Positions 30,001 to 39,800 of a stretch of 64,000 nt of DNA are shown one piece after another (within the stretch, counting starts at the first letter, position 1; every line of letters begins with the position of its first letter). Made by a program: the position numbers and the translations under genes. Under the pieces are notes generated by a model that was not told the origin of the DNA, did no database searches, and was given only the letters and a program-made list of their open reading frames with translations. The stretch spans positions 15,132 to 79,131 of the forward strand of contig JARIGS010000004.1 of assembly GCA_029288725.1 (NCBI GenBank), read 5' to 3'. This DNA is from Candidatus Nomurabacteria bacterium (GTDB taxonomy: Bacteria > Patescibacteriota > Minisyncoccia > Phycocordibacterales > UBA9973).

Positions 30001-30615
30001 AAAACACTTGCTCAATTACTTGCGCCATTTGCGCCATTCGCGGCAGAGGATATATGGGGTCACTTAAAACATTCTTCTGATACAGTATCGGTCCACCTAT
30101 CATCATGGCCTACGGTTGTACCTACTTCTATAGATGGAGTAATACTATTGGAAAACATGATCACTGTCCGTAGCATCTGTACAATTGGTAACGCCCTTCG
30201 TAAGAAACTGGCAATTCCAGTTCGTCAGCCATTGCAGTCTATTACCGTGAAAGGTGAGGCATTGCCTCAAGAGTATGTGGCATTGATCATGGATGAATTG
30301 AATGTGAAGGAAGTAGTGTTTAATACCGACCTAGAAACTGAAGCCGAGCTTGATACTACTATCACACCCGCTCTCAAAGCCGAGGGTGACTATCGTGAAC
30401 TTGTGCGTGCAGTACAGGACTTGCGCAAGACAAAAGGCTTAACACCGAGTGATGAGATTACCATCACGCTTAGCCCTGCCGGAGAATCATTGCTCACACC
30501 GTTCATGGAGGATTTCAAAAAAACCGTCCTTGCAACCGAGGTGAATTTTGCAGAAAATGAGGGGGAAGCAATTACGATCGGAGATCGGACTATGGAAATA
30601 ATCCTTACGGCATAA
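27064..30615 (+). CDS. ileS: Isoleucine-tRNA ligase (IleRS2 type) with inserted histidine-phosphatase domain
   Basis: EGPPTAN, GWDTHGLPVE, WTTTPWTLPGN, DWAISR.RYWG, DQTRGWF, KMSKS; MRHGQT insert; Ile T-box upstream. Confidence 0.96.
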   Translation: MEEDTNPAVAKAMASKEKSQRAQTEERILAFWQQEHIFEKTLEKDAPKGEYIFYEGPPTANAKPALHHLESRAFKDVIPRYKTMQGYRVPRRAGWDTHGLPVELQIEKKLGLTSKKEIEAYGVAQFNKECKDSVFTYIKDWEDFTDRIGYWVDKKSAYYTFDTNYIESVWHILSTVNNKGLVYKDFKVLPWCPRCGTALSSHELAQPGAYMDVKDLSVTAKFKVVGQDNTYILAWTTTPWTLPGNVGLAVGADIDYVAVEKDGETLILAKERMEVLGGDLTVIKEMKGKDLVGLSYEPLYPYLANLIAGDEAKKMDAAYKVYPADFVTTTDGTGIVHTAVMYGADDFDLGTAVGLPKFHTVDDTGHFIAGTDFLGGRFVKDEEVAVDIIKDLAHRGLLFKKEKYEHSYPHCWRCKTPLLYYARDSWYIAMSKMRDELVKENETINWEPAHIKQGRFGEWLKDLKDWAISRERYWGTPLPIWQAADGERLFVDSVATLKQYIKKSGNTYFIMRHGQTEHNLKGLWNFGDTTDPLTDAGREQVVASAAMLKDKKIDLIITSPFARTLETATLVAARIGLTEENIITDSRIGEWNVGAAFDGKPMDEFFAIRNAQADRYGFKTEDGESYADLIKRAGDFLYDIEKKYEGKTILIVSHGGVDRAMDLISQGLSMRNLFEQSRAYQNFANAEVRQIDFAPMPHNEQYELDLHRPFIDDVVLVKPATDMSGEAREFRRVKEVMDVWFDSGSMPFAQDHYPFGLRPQGLTTHTTQELAYPADFISEAIDQTRGWFYTLHAIGTLMGRGKAYKNVICLGHILDAEGKKMSKSIGNIVDPWQEMGRFGVDTLRLWMYSVNQPGDSKNYDPKTVMEMERQTFGLLYNVLSFYELYRDTELEVQSLSESTNVLDQWIIARLNILIIICTDGLDHYKTMEPVRAIRDFIGDLSTWYVRRSRERLKGEGRVLMDGTRHDSAESAKATLYHILKTLAQLLAPFAPFAAEDIWGHLKHSSDTVSVHLSSWPTVVPTSIDGVILLENMITVRSICTIGNALRKKLAIPVRQPLQSITVKGEALPQEYVALIMDELNVKEVVFNTDLETEAELDTTITPALKAEGDYRELVRAVQDLRKTKGLTPSDEITITLSPAGESLLTPFMEDFKKTVLATEVNFAENEGEAITIGDRTMEIILTA

Positions 30616-30633
30616 CGTAGTATACTAAGTGTC

Positions 30634-31362
30634 ATGGCAATACAACAGCAATTGGACACTGCGGCACAGCGGCAACGAGACGCGATGGAAGCATTACTAC
30701 ATAAGGCTCACAAGAGTAATTCTATGAATATACACAAGATTGGACACTGCTGTCTTATTATCGAAACGAAAGGCGTACGGATCATGACTGACCCCGGTTC
30801 TTTTACGACAGCGCAAAATGAGGAAAAAAATATCGATATCGTGATGATCACGCACGAGCATGCGGACCATTTCCATGTTGATTCATTGAAACAAGTGATG
30901 GCAAACAATCCTGAAGCAAAAGTTATTACTAATACGGCAGTAGGAAAGCTGCTGGATGCAGAAGGCATTGCATATGAAATCCTTGAAGAAGGCGGCACTA
31001 TGACCGTTCGTGATATCGTACTGGAAGGTTTTGGCGAAAAGCACGCAATCATCTACAAGGATATGGGACAGGTTCAGAATACCGGCTACTTCATCGATGA
31101 GACCTTGTTCTACCCGGGCGATGCATTTACTGCTCCCGGTAAACCGGTGAAAGTATTGGCATTACCAACGGTTGCACCATGGATGAAATTGTCCGAAGCG
31201 ATCGAATACGCATTGGCAGTAAAACCAACCTATGCCTTTCCGGTGCACGATGCAATTGCAACCATGCCCGGCATGTTTGCCCGTATGCTCACCCCATTAC
31301 TTGGGCCAGAAGGCATTGATTTCATTCCATTGGAGGCAGGACAGTCTCATACCTTCGAGTAA
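30634..31362 (+). CDS. MBL-fold metallo-hydrolase (UlaG-like)
   Basis: THEHADH, FYPGD, FPVHD. Confidence 0.9.
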   Translation: MAIQQQLDTAAQRQRDAMEALLHKAHKSNSMNIHKIGHCCLIIETKGVRIMTDPGSFTTAQNEEKNIDIVMITHEHADHFHVDSLKQVMANNPEAKVITNTAVGKLLDAEGIAYEILEEGGTMTVRDIVLEGFGEKHAIIYKDMGQVQNTGYFIDETLFYPGDAFTAPGKPVKVLALPTVAPWMKLSEAIEYALAVKPTYAFPVHDAIATMPGMFARMLTPLLGPEGIDFIPLEAGQSHTFE

Positions 31363-31377
31363 TTTCACCCATTCGTC

Positions 31378-31953
31378 ATGCACCCCATCCACCATACCGA
31401 AGCGATTGTCATCCGCAGCGAACCTTCGGGTGAGGCTAACAAACGCGTGTGGTTGCTGACCGACACCTTCGGTTTGATCGTTGCGGTAGTGCAAGGAGTA
31501 CGCAAGCCGGAAGCAAAATTGAAAAGTCATGTCACTGACTATGGCGTTATTGCTGCCGATCTTATCAAAGGAAAACATACCTGGCGACTGGTAAGCGCAA
31601 CCGTACGGGATGCAGTAATAAACCATGACTATAGCCGTAATCCTTTGGTCAGAGCGTATGTTCGCACCATCGCATTCCTGGAGCGATTTTTAGTAGGGGA
31701 AGGAGCACAGCCGGAACTGTATGCGCATGTGCGTACGGTGGGGGCAATGATCGGTGGTCAGTACGATCCACGAGCAGTTGATGCATTGTCACTATGGAAA
31801 ATGCTTGCCATCCTGGGATATATTGCCATTGATGATGCTGATGAGGAATTATTCACGCTGCCCTTTGAGCAGGCGATTATGTTGGTTGACGATATGCGCA
31901 TAAAGAAATTGATACAAAGTGCGACGGATGCCATTACTTCCAGCCATCTTTGA
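31378..31953 (+). CDS. recO: DNA repair protein RecO (short form)
   Basis: TEAIVIR...GEANK.V.LLT..FG......QGVRK..AKL. Confidence 0.85.
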   Translation: MHPIHHTEAIVIRSEPSGEANKRVWLLTDTFGLIVAVVQGVRKPEAKLKSHVTDYGVIAADLIKGKHTWRLVSATVRDAVINHDYSRNPLVRAYVRTIAFLERFLVGEGAQPELYAHVRTVGAMIGGQYDPRAVDALSLWKMLAILGYIAIDDADEELFTLPFEQAIMLVDDMRIKKLIQSATDAITSSHL

Positions 31954-31965
31954 TATACTGTATCC

Positions 31966-33852
31966 ATGGCAGATGACCACATCGATCACCTTGGCGAATT
32001 GGAGAAACGTCTCTATGCACGCGATCCGGAAAATGTTCCTAAAAGAACGTTTGGCATCTTGCGTCCTGAACGGCAAAATGTCACATCAGCATGGGGACAG
32101 ACCGCTGTGCCTAAAACTCAGACCGTGCCAAAGAGCGGAGCGGGAGGCTATCGTCGCTTCTTTATTTTCTCCCTCATTTTTTTCCTGCTTGCATTAGGGG
32201 CTGCGGCATTCAGCATCTATCGCGGGGCGTCTACACTTTCGAGTAAGAACGTTGATATTTCAATATTGGGGAATTCTTTTGTGGCGGCCGGTGACACCCT
32301 GCCATTACAGGTAGAGGTTGCCAATAGCAATTCAGCCGCATTACTCGATGCCAAGTTGTCATTGGAGTATCCCAAGGGGGCTGATGATGGATCAGGAAGT
32401 GATACTGCTCATGTCGAGCAGGACATGGGAACGGTCAATGCCGGTCAGACTAAAAGCCAATCCTTCTCAGTCGTGCTGTATGGCCAACAGGGTACTTCTC
32501 AGACCATTACCGCAACATTTTCATATCAGTTAAAAAATTCCAGCGCCGTCTTTCAAAAGACCAAGACCTTTTCGGTCATGATCAGTTCCAGTCCATTGAC
32601 CTTAACGGTTGACGGGCCCACTTCCATTGCGGCCAATCAGTCTTTTGAGCTTTCATTGAATAATAGCTTCACCAGCACTTCGCCTTTGAACAATGTCATT
32701 ACTCGCGTGGAATATCCAAATGGATTCGTCTTTGCGTCTGCTGATCCCGCTCCGACGGGAGGGAACAATGTCTGGGCATTGGGTGATTTGGAAAGCGGCA
32801 CCAATCGCACGATTGTGATCAGGGGAAAGCTGACCGGTGAGGAAAATGAACAGAAGTCATTTCGCGTCTATGTCGGCACGCCGGCATCCGCTACTGACAC
32901 TTCCATTGCTACCGTCTATAACTCGGCTTTGCAGACGATTACTCTTGCCAACCCGTTCATTGATGCACAGCTCAACGTCAATGGCATAAAGACTGACATC
33001 ATTCCTGTATCAGTCGGGGATACTTCAAACGGTACTATTTCATGGGCCAATACGTCTGCAACGACCATTACTAATCCAACCTTCACGCTTTCTCTCCAAG
33101 GTACTGGAGTTGATCCAGACAGTGTCACTGCAAGCAATGGATACTATGATCCGGCAAGCAATACCATTACCTGGAATGCCGATTCAGACAAAGATCTAGC
33201 AACACTGTCACCGGGCCAGACGGGCAGTCTATCATTCACCTTCCTATCAAAGGCCACTGATACCAGCGACGTTGGCCTGCACCTGTCAGTTCAGGGAACA
33301 TTCCCAGAGAACAACTACCAGCAGCAGACGATCAATGACATTGATGTGAAGACCGTGCGATACAGTGCACACCTGCAATTTGCGGCACAGTCATTGTATT
33401 CAGTTGGACCAATCAAAAATACTGGACCGTATCCTTCAAAGGCCAATCAGGTTACTACCTATACCATTACCTGGACTGCTCGTCCTTCTGAAAATCCGCT
33501 CACGAACATGGTCGCCAGTGCCGTCCTTCCTCCTGGAGTAACATGGGTTGGTGTCGTGTCCCCGCAATCTGAACCCGTCAGTTATGCCAGTGACACTCGG
33601 ACGGTGACATGGAATGCCGGCGTGATGCCGCAGGCCACCAGTACACCAAAAGCCAAGACTGTTTCGTTTCAGATTTCGGTCAAACCAACGAAGGATCAGG
33701 TTGGACAGGAATTGCCCCTACTCGGTGAGACGACCGTAGTGGCAACCGATGCCACTGCCAACGTGCCGTTGACCGTCACCCGTCCCGCTCTTACTAACAC
33801 ACTGTCCACTGACCCTGTATATAGTCAAGGAAAAGAGCATGTGTTACCATAG
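31966..33852 (+). CDS. Membrane-anchored protein with multiple Ig-like/DUF11-like beta domains
   Basis: Single N-terminal TM; repeated EYP.G, W.LG.L..G and TITW motifs. Confidence 0.75.
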   Translation: MADDHIDHLGELEKRLYARDPENVPKRTFGILRPERQNVTSAWGQTAVPKTQTVPKSGAGGYRRFFIFSLIFFLLALGAAAFSIYRGASTLSSKNVDISILGNSFVAAGDTLPLQVEVANSNSAALLDAKLSLEYPKGADDGSGSDTAHVEQDMGTVNAGQTKSQSFSVVLYGQQGTSQTITATFSYQLKNSSAVFQKTKTFSVMISSSPLTLTVDGPTSIAANQSFELSLNNSFTSTSPLNNVITRVEYPNGFVFASADPAPTGGNNVWALGDLESGTNRTIVIRGKLTGEENEQKSFRVYVGTPASATDTSIATVYNSALQTITLANPFIDAQLNVNGIKTDIIPVSVGDTSNGTISWANTSATTITNPTFTLSLQGTGVDPDSVTASNGYYDPASNTITWNADSDKDLATLSPGQTGSLSFTFLSKATDTSDVGLHLSVQGTFPENNYQQQTINDIDVKTVRYSAHLQFAAQSLYSVGPIKNTGPYPSKANQVTTYTITWTARPSENPLTNMVASAVLPPGVTWVGVVSPQSEPVSYASDTRTVTWNAGVMPQATSTPKAKTVSFQISVKPTKDQVGQELPLLGETTVVATDATANVPLTVTRPALTNTLSTDPVYSQGKEHVLP

Positions 33853-33860
33853 CTCTACGT

Positions 33861-35240
33861 ATGCAATCCGACCCCAACCCCGTATCCATGGACCAATTAA
33901 TCAGCCTTTGTAAGCGCAGAGGCTTTATTTTTCAAGGGTCTGAGGTCTATGGCGGTTTGGCTGGCACCTGGGACTACGGTCCACTTGGAACCGAACTAAA
34001 GCGCAATATTCAAAATGCCTGGTGGAAGATGTTCGTCACCGACCGCGAAGACATGTACGGTGTCGATGCTGCAATTTTGATGAATCAGAACGTATGGAAA
34101 GCATCAGGACACGTTGCTGGATTTTCTGACCCATTGGTAGAAGATGTAGTGACTCAAAAAAGATACCGCGCTGATCATGTGCTTGAGGAACACCACATTG
34201 ATCCGAAAGGCATGAGCATTGAAACAATGTCTGCCGTCATTGCAGAAAAGCAATTAAAAAGTCCTGACGGTAATGCATTGGGAGAGGTACGCACCTTTAA
34301 CATGATGTTTCAAACAAATATTGGTGCACTACAGGATGAGGCTTCAGTAAGCTATCTTCGTCCAGAAACTGCACAGGGCATGTTTGTAAACTTCAAGAAT
34401 GTTGTTGATAGTTTGCACCCAAAGTTGCCGTTTGGTTTGGGACAGATAGGGAAGGCATTTCGTAATGAGATTGCGCCACGTGATTTCGTTTTTCGTTCTC
34501 GCGAATTTGAACAAATGGAAATTGAATATTTTGTTGAAGAAAAGGATTGGCAGGGAAGATTCAGTGATTGGATCAATGCCATGTATCAATGGATGGATCA
34601 TGTCGGCATTCCTCGTGCGTCAGTTCATGAACTTGAAGTTGCACCGGAAGACCTGGCACACTACTCAAAGCGAACGATGGACTTTGAATTTGATTTTCCT
34701 TTCGGACGAAAGGAGCTCTATGGTTTGGCGTATCGCACTAACTTTGATCTGAACAATCATGCAGAAGCAAGTAAGGTGCCGTTGTATGTAGTTGATGATG
34801 AGACAAGCGAAAAGATCGTGCCGCACTGCATTGAGCCAACCTTCGGCCTTGATCGTACTATTCTTGCAGTGCTTGCAAGTGCTTATCATGAAGAAGGAGA
34901 AGGCGATGATATGCGCGTGGTATTGAAATTAAAGCCATCGATTGCACCGTATAAAGTCTGTGTTTCTCCGTTGCTGAAAAATAAACCACAACTCGTTGAT
35001 AAGGCACGCATTGTATATGGCGGCTTGAAGAAAGTATTTGGCAATGTAACGTGGGACGATAATGGCAACATCGGAAAAAGATATAGACGACAAGATGAAA
35101 TCGGTACGCCGTACTGCATCACGATTGATTTTGATACATTAGAAAATGATAGTGTGACTGTTCGTGACCGCGACACTGGTACTCAGGACCGTGTAGTGAT
35201 CAGTGATTTGGAAAATTTCTTGAAGGAAAAACTGCAATAA
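33861..35240 (+). CDS. glyS: Glycine-tRNA ligase (homodimeric type)
   Basis: LCKRRGF, YLRPETAQG, FRNEI.PR, REFEQME, IGKRYRRQDEIGTP. Confidence 0.96.
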   Translation: MQSDPNPVSMDQLISLCKRRGFIFQGSEVYGGLAGTWDYGPLGTELKRNIQNAWWKMFVTDREDMYGVDAAILMNQNVWKASGHVAGFSDPLVEDVVTQKRYRADHVLEEHHIDPKGMSIETMSAVIAEKQLKSPDGNALGEVRTFNMMFQTNIGALQDEASVSYLRPETAQGMFVNFKNVVDSLHPKLPFGLGQIGKAFRNEIAPRDFVFRSREFEQMEIEYFVEEKDWQGRFSDWINAMYQWMDHVGIPRASVHELEVAPEDLAHYSKRTMDFEFDFPFGRKELYGLAYRTNFDLNNHAEASKVPLYVVDDETSEKIVPHCIEPTFGLDRTILAVLASAYHEEGEGDDMRVVLKLKPSIAPYKVCVSPLLKNKPQLVDKARIVYGGLKKVFGNVTWDDNGNIGKRYRRQDEIGTPYCITIDFDTLENDSVTVRDRDTGTQDRVVISDLENFLKEKLQ

Positions 35241-35294
35241 AAAATTGCAACAAAAAAATTGGGAGCTGAGCTCCCAATTTTACTTTTGATACTG

Positions 35295-35432
35295 TTACTT
35301 GTCCTGGACAAGTCCTTTACGGTTTACATCTCTGGTGTACCACTTAAACCATGCATACAGAGTGCAACCGATTATTAATCCCACAGTAATATATCCTTCT
35401 TTTGTCATGGAAAAACCTGTTTCTTTCACCAT
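35295..35432 (-). CDS. Putative 45-aa single-TM small protein
   Basis: MVKETGFSMTKEGYITVGLIIGCTLYAWFKWYTRDVNRKGLVQDK*; ends at the bidirectional terminator 35255-35282. Confidence 0.45.
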   Translation of the reverse strand: MVKETGFSMTKEGYITVGLIIGCTLYAWFKWYTRDVNRKGLVQDK

Positions 35433-35494
35433 ACCTCTTTCTCCACAATCTTGTCAATTTTGCATAAAAAGGTGATTTCGGCTTTAATGGGGGC

Positions 35495-36766
35495 ATGAAA
35501 GTTATCGAAAAAACACTTCCTAATGGATTGCGTGTGGTCATGGTACCGCAGGCTGATGCTGCTACCGCGACTGTACTGATCTTGGTCGGTGCAGGGTCAA
35601 AGTACGAAACAAAAAGGGAAAATGGCCTGTCGCATTTTTTGGAGCACATGTTTTTTAAAGGCACCACGCTTCGTCCAACGGCAAAGATTATTTCCGAACA
35701 GCTCGACAATCTCGGTGCCGTATCAAATGCATTCACGTCACATGAATACACTGGGTACTATGTTAAGGGCAATCCGAAGCACACGGAAACATTCATCGAT
35801 GTGCTGAGTGATATTTACTTGCACTCACTGTTTTCAGAAAAGGAAATTGAAAAGGAGAAGGGCGTGATCATTGAAGAGATCAACATGTATGAAGACATGC
35901 CGCAGCACAAAGTATGGGATGTGTTATTCGCAACGATGTACGGTGACCAACCAGTAGGGTGGCCGATTTCTGGAACTAAGGAACACGTGCGCAATTTTTC
36001 GCGAAAAGATTTTCTGCGCTATCAAAAGGAGCACTACACGTCGAGCAACACGGTCATCACTATTGCCGGTGCATTTGATGAAAAGAAAATATTTGCTGCC
36101 ATCAAGAAACAATTTGGTACAGTTGCAATGACTGATGCAAAAGATAAAAAGAAGGTCCGTGATACGCAAAAGGCATTTCAGCAAAAAGTTTTCCACAGGA
36201 AGACTGATCAGGCACACCTCGCATTGGGCTTCAGATCACCCGCTTTAGGACACAAAGATGGTCCTACGGCAAGTCTTTTGGCGACAATGTTAGGGGGAGG
36301 AATGAGCGCTCGGCTGTTCCAGGAGCTACGTGAAGAGCTTGGTGTGGCGTACTATGTTCGGGCGGAACATGACCCCTTTACGGACCACGGCATGTTTACA
36401 ATTAGCGCCGGAATCACCACTAATCGATTGACAGAGGTACTTGATTGTATTGTAGCTGTGTTACAGGATTTGAAAAATAACCCTATAAACAAAGAAGAAT
36501 TGACAAAAATACAGGAATACAGTGTAGGGATGATGCGTTTGGGGCTAGAATCCAGTGACAGTATCGCTGGATTTTATGGCAGCCAATTGCTGCTCAAAAA
36601 AGGCTACAAGACCCCCGAACAACTGACAAAAGAGTACCTCAGCGTGACCCCAGAGGACCTCAAAAGGGTGGCAAAAAAGATCTTTGTTTCGACCAGTGCA
36701 ACCCTCGTTTTAGTCGGTCCTTTTGATGAAAAAAAACTGATCGAAAACCCTCTAAAAAACCTTTAG
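35495..36766 (+). CDS. M16 (pitrilysin) family zinc peptidase
   Basis: HFLEH inverted zincin motif, NAFTS.EYT.YY, LGGGMSARLF. Confidence 0.95.
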   Translation: MKVIEKTLPNGLRVVMVPQADAATATVLILVGAGSKYETKRENGLSHFLEHMFFKGTTLRPTAKIISEQLDNLGAVSNAFTSHEYTGYYVKGNPKHTETFIDVLSDIYLHSLFSEKEIEKEKGVIIEEINMYEDMPQHKVWDVLFATMYGDQPVGWPISGTKEHVRNFSRKDFLRYQKEHYTSSNTVITIAGAFDEKKIFAAIKKQFGTVAMTDAKDKKKVRDTQKAFQQKVFHRKTDQAHLALGFRSPALGHKDGPTASLLATMLGGGMSARLFQELREELGVAYYVRAEHDPFTDHGMFTISAGITTNRLTEVLDCIVAVLQDLKNNPINKEELTKIQEYSVGMMRLGLESSDSIAGFYGSQLLLKKGYKTPEQLTKEYLSVTPEDLKRVAKKIFVSTSATLVLVGPFDEKKLIENPLKNL

Positions 36767-36815
36767 AAATAGTTTATTATTGGTAATTTGTGGAGTATAC
36801 TTATGAAGTATATTT

Positions 36816-39800
36816 ATGCACCTCAGTTCCCAACGATTCAATCGGATTATTGCCATCCTCGCCATCCTCTCGACGGTGAGCGTTTTTGCGTATAGAGCCG
36901 CTGCGTCTTCGTTGCCGGGTGCCTTCCTCGGATCAAAAATTACGGTCGGTGACACCAACAACACCTATGCCATTGCCGACACCAACTACCTCGAAGGAGG
37001 ACACATGCAGGTGGCAACCCATGCGGCTTTGTTGGCCATCACTCGTGAGCGTCGCGAAGTCGGCATGCTTGTCACTGTCGTCGATGATGACACGGGAACA
37101 GTGGGAAATCAGACCGTAACCTATCGTCTGATCAGCAATCCAACTGCGGATGGTTCAGGAGGAACCGCAACACCAACAACCGATGCAAACTGGACAGTGA
37201 TCATTCCTTCACTTGGTGGAAACGGAGGTAAGTTCTTGACGACTGATGGTACGACCGTAAGCTGGGCAACGGTCAGTGGCGGAGGAGGCGGTGGTACCTA
37301 TACTGCTGGTACTGGTTTGACACTCACCGGCAGTGCGTTCTCCGTGAACACTTCACAGAATATTGCAACCCTCTCTAATCTCACCACTGACGGTTTTGTA
37401 AGAACTACTGGTGCGAATGGCACGCTTACTTCTGCACCACTTTCATCTGCAGAAGTTGCCAGTGCGCTTGGGTACACCCCGTACAATGCATCAACCAATT
37501 CTTCTGGGTACATTGCCGGCAATCTTACCGGTGCGATTACTTCCGTAGGCAATGCTACCTCACTTGGTTCATTTACCTCTGCAAATCTCAGCGGTGCACT
37601 CACTGATGAGACGGGAAGTGGGGCAGCAGTATTTGCCAACTCACCAACATTCGTGACGCCAACACTCGGTGCCGCAAATGCGACATCAGTCAATGGCTTG
37701 TCACTTACTGCAAATCCAACTGGTTTTGCCATTGCTGGTGGTAGTACTACTTCAAAGACTCTTACCATTTCAAATTCATTAACACTTGCTGGTACTGACG
37801 GCTCAACGCTCAACATCGGCACTGGTGGCACGCTTGGTTCTGCAGCCTTCACCAACGCTTCTGCGTATGAAGTGCCGCTAACGTTTAGCACTGGACTCAC
37901 CAGAACAGGTAATACCATTACGGTGAATGCATCACAAAATATTTCTACACTCTCAAACCTCACCTCAAACGGTTTGATTAAGACAACAGGAGGAACGGGG
38001 GCGCTTTCGATTGCGGCCGCTGATATTGATTACTCTACACCAACTGGTGTTGAGACAATTACCAATAAGGATTTTACCTCTGGTACCAACACTTTCCCAA
38101 CATTCAACCAGAATACGACCGGTAGTGCGGCAACATTAACCACAGCTCGATTGATTGCCGGCAACAGCTTCAACGGCTCAGCCAATGTGCCGTTTGCAAA
38201 CAAATTCATTGTTCAGGGTACGAGTGATGCTGGTCTGACCGGCGCCCAGTTCCTTGGTGCATTGGCAACAGGCTTATTAAAAAACACGACCACCACTGGC
38301 GTACTGTCAGTCGCTACTCCTGGTAGTGATTATGAAGTGCCGCTGACATTTTCAACAGGACTGACACGCACCGTTAACACCATCACTGTCAATACTTCAC
38401 AGAACATTTCCACACTCTCAAATCTCACCTCGAACGGTTTCGTCACCACGTCTGGTGGTACGGGCGCACTTTCTGTCACCGGATCAACGGGGTCTGGCAA
38501 TGTCGTGCTTGCAACATCTCCAACATTGGTAACACCGGTATTGGGTGCTGCTACCGCAACAAGTATCAATAAAGTTGCCTTTACCGCTCCCGCAACTGGT
38601 GCAACGTTGACTATTGCTGATGGCAAGACGCTTACTGCATCAAACTCCCTTACCTTTGCCGGTAGTGATGGATCGACATTGAATGTTGGTAGTGGAGGAA
38701 CATTGGGAACTGCGGCATATACCAGTTCATCAGCGTATGAAGTGCCGCTAACATTCAGTACTGGTCTTACTCGTACTGTTAACACCATCACTGTTAACAC
38801 TTCCCAGAACATCGCGACCCTTTCAAACCTCACTTCAAACGGTTCAGTCCAGACATCCGGAGGCAACGGTACGCTTTCCGTCGTTGCTAATACCGGTACC
38901 GGTAACAATGTCCTTGCGAATTCACCAAGTCTCACTAGTCCCTCTTTTTCAACAATTGTAAATACTGGTACACTGACACTCCCTACTTCTACCGATACGC
39001 TGGTTGGTCGTGCAACAACTGACACACTAACCAACAAAACTATAAGTGGATCAAACAATACACTGACCAATATTCCAAACAGTGCTCTTACCAACTCATC
39101 ATTAACGCTTGCTCTCGGCACGTCTGGTACTGACGTAAACTGGGGTGCATCAACGGTCTCATTGGGCGGTACTGCAACGCTCAACATTCCTGATGCCTCT
39201 GCCACCGCTCGAGGCCTTATCACTACTGGCGCGCAGACCATTGCCGGTGCAAAGACATTTTCAAGTTCAGCGACATTCTCAGCATATACGTCAGGTTCAG
39301 TGCCTTATATTTCAACTGGTGGATTGCTAGCGCAGGACAATGCGAATTTCTTCTATGACGGAATAAACCACCGATTGGGATTGGGCACCACCTCACCGTC
39401 TGCCTTCATCCATGTTCTAGGAACAACCGAGCAGCTTCGTCTCGGATATGATGCAAGCAACTATGGATCATTTACCACTGGCAACACTGGAGGGCTTACC
39501 GTTACCACCACCGGAACGAATGCAAATGTTAACCTCAGTCCTGCTACGGGCATTGTCACCGTGAACGGTACTATCCCCGAGCAGCGCTTCGTCACCTCGG
39601 GCGACAGCAACTACGCGCGCTTCCAGCGCTCAACCGCAAGCGACCAGTTCGTCGGCAAGAACAACGTCTTGCAGTCAGGGGGAGTAGGAAAGGCAATTAC
39701 CGTAACACTTGGTGCCAATCGATATCTTCAAGCTTCTGATGCAGGGTTGCCTACTGGTAGTTCCATTACGTTAAGTTTCAGTGAATGGTATAAATGGACT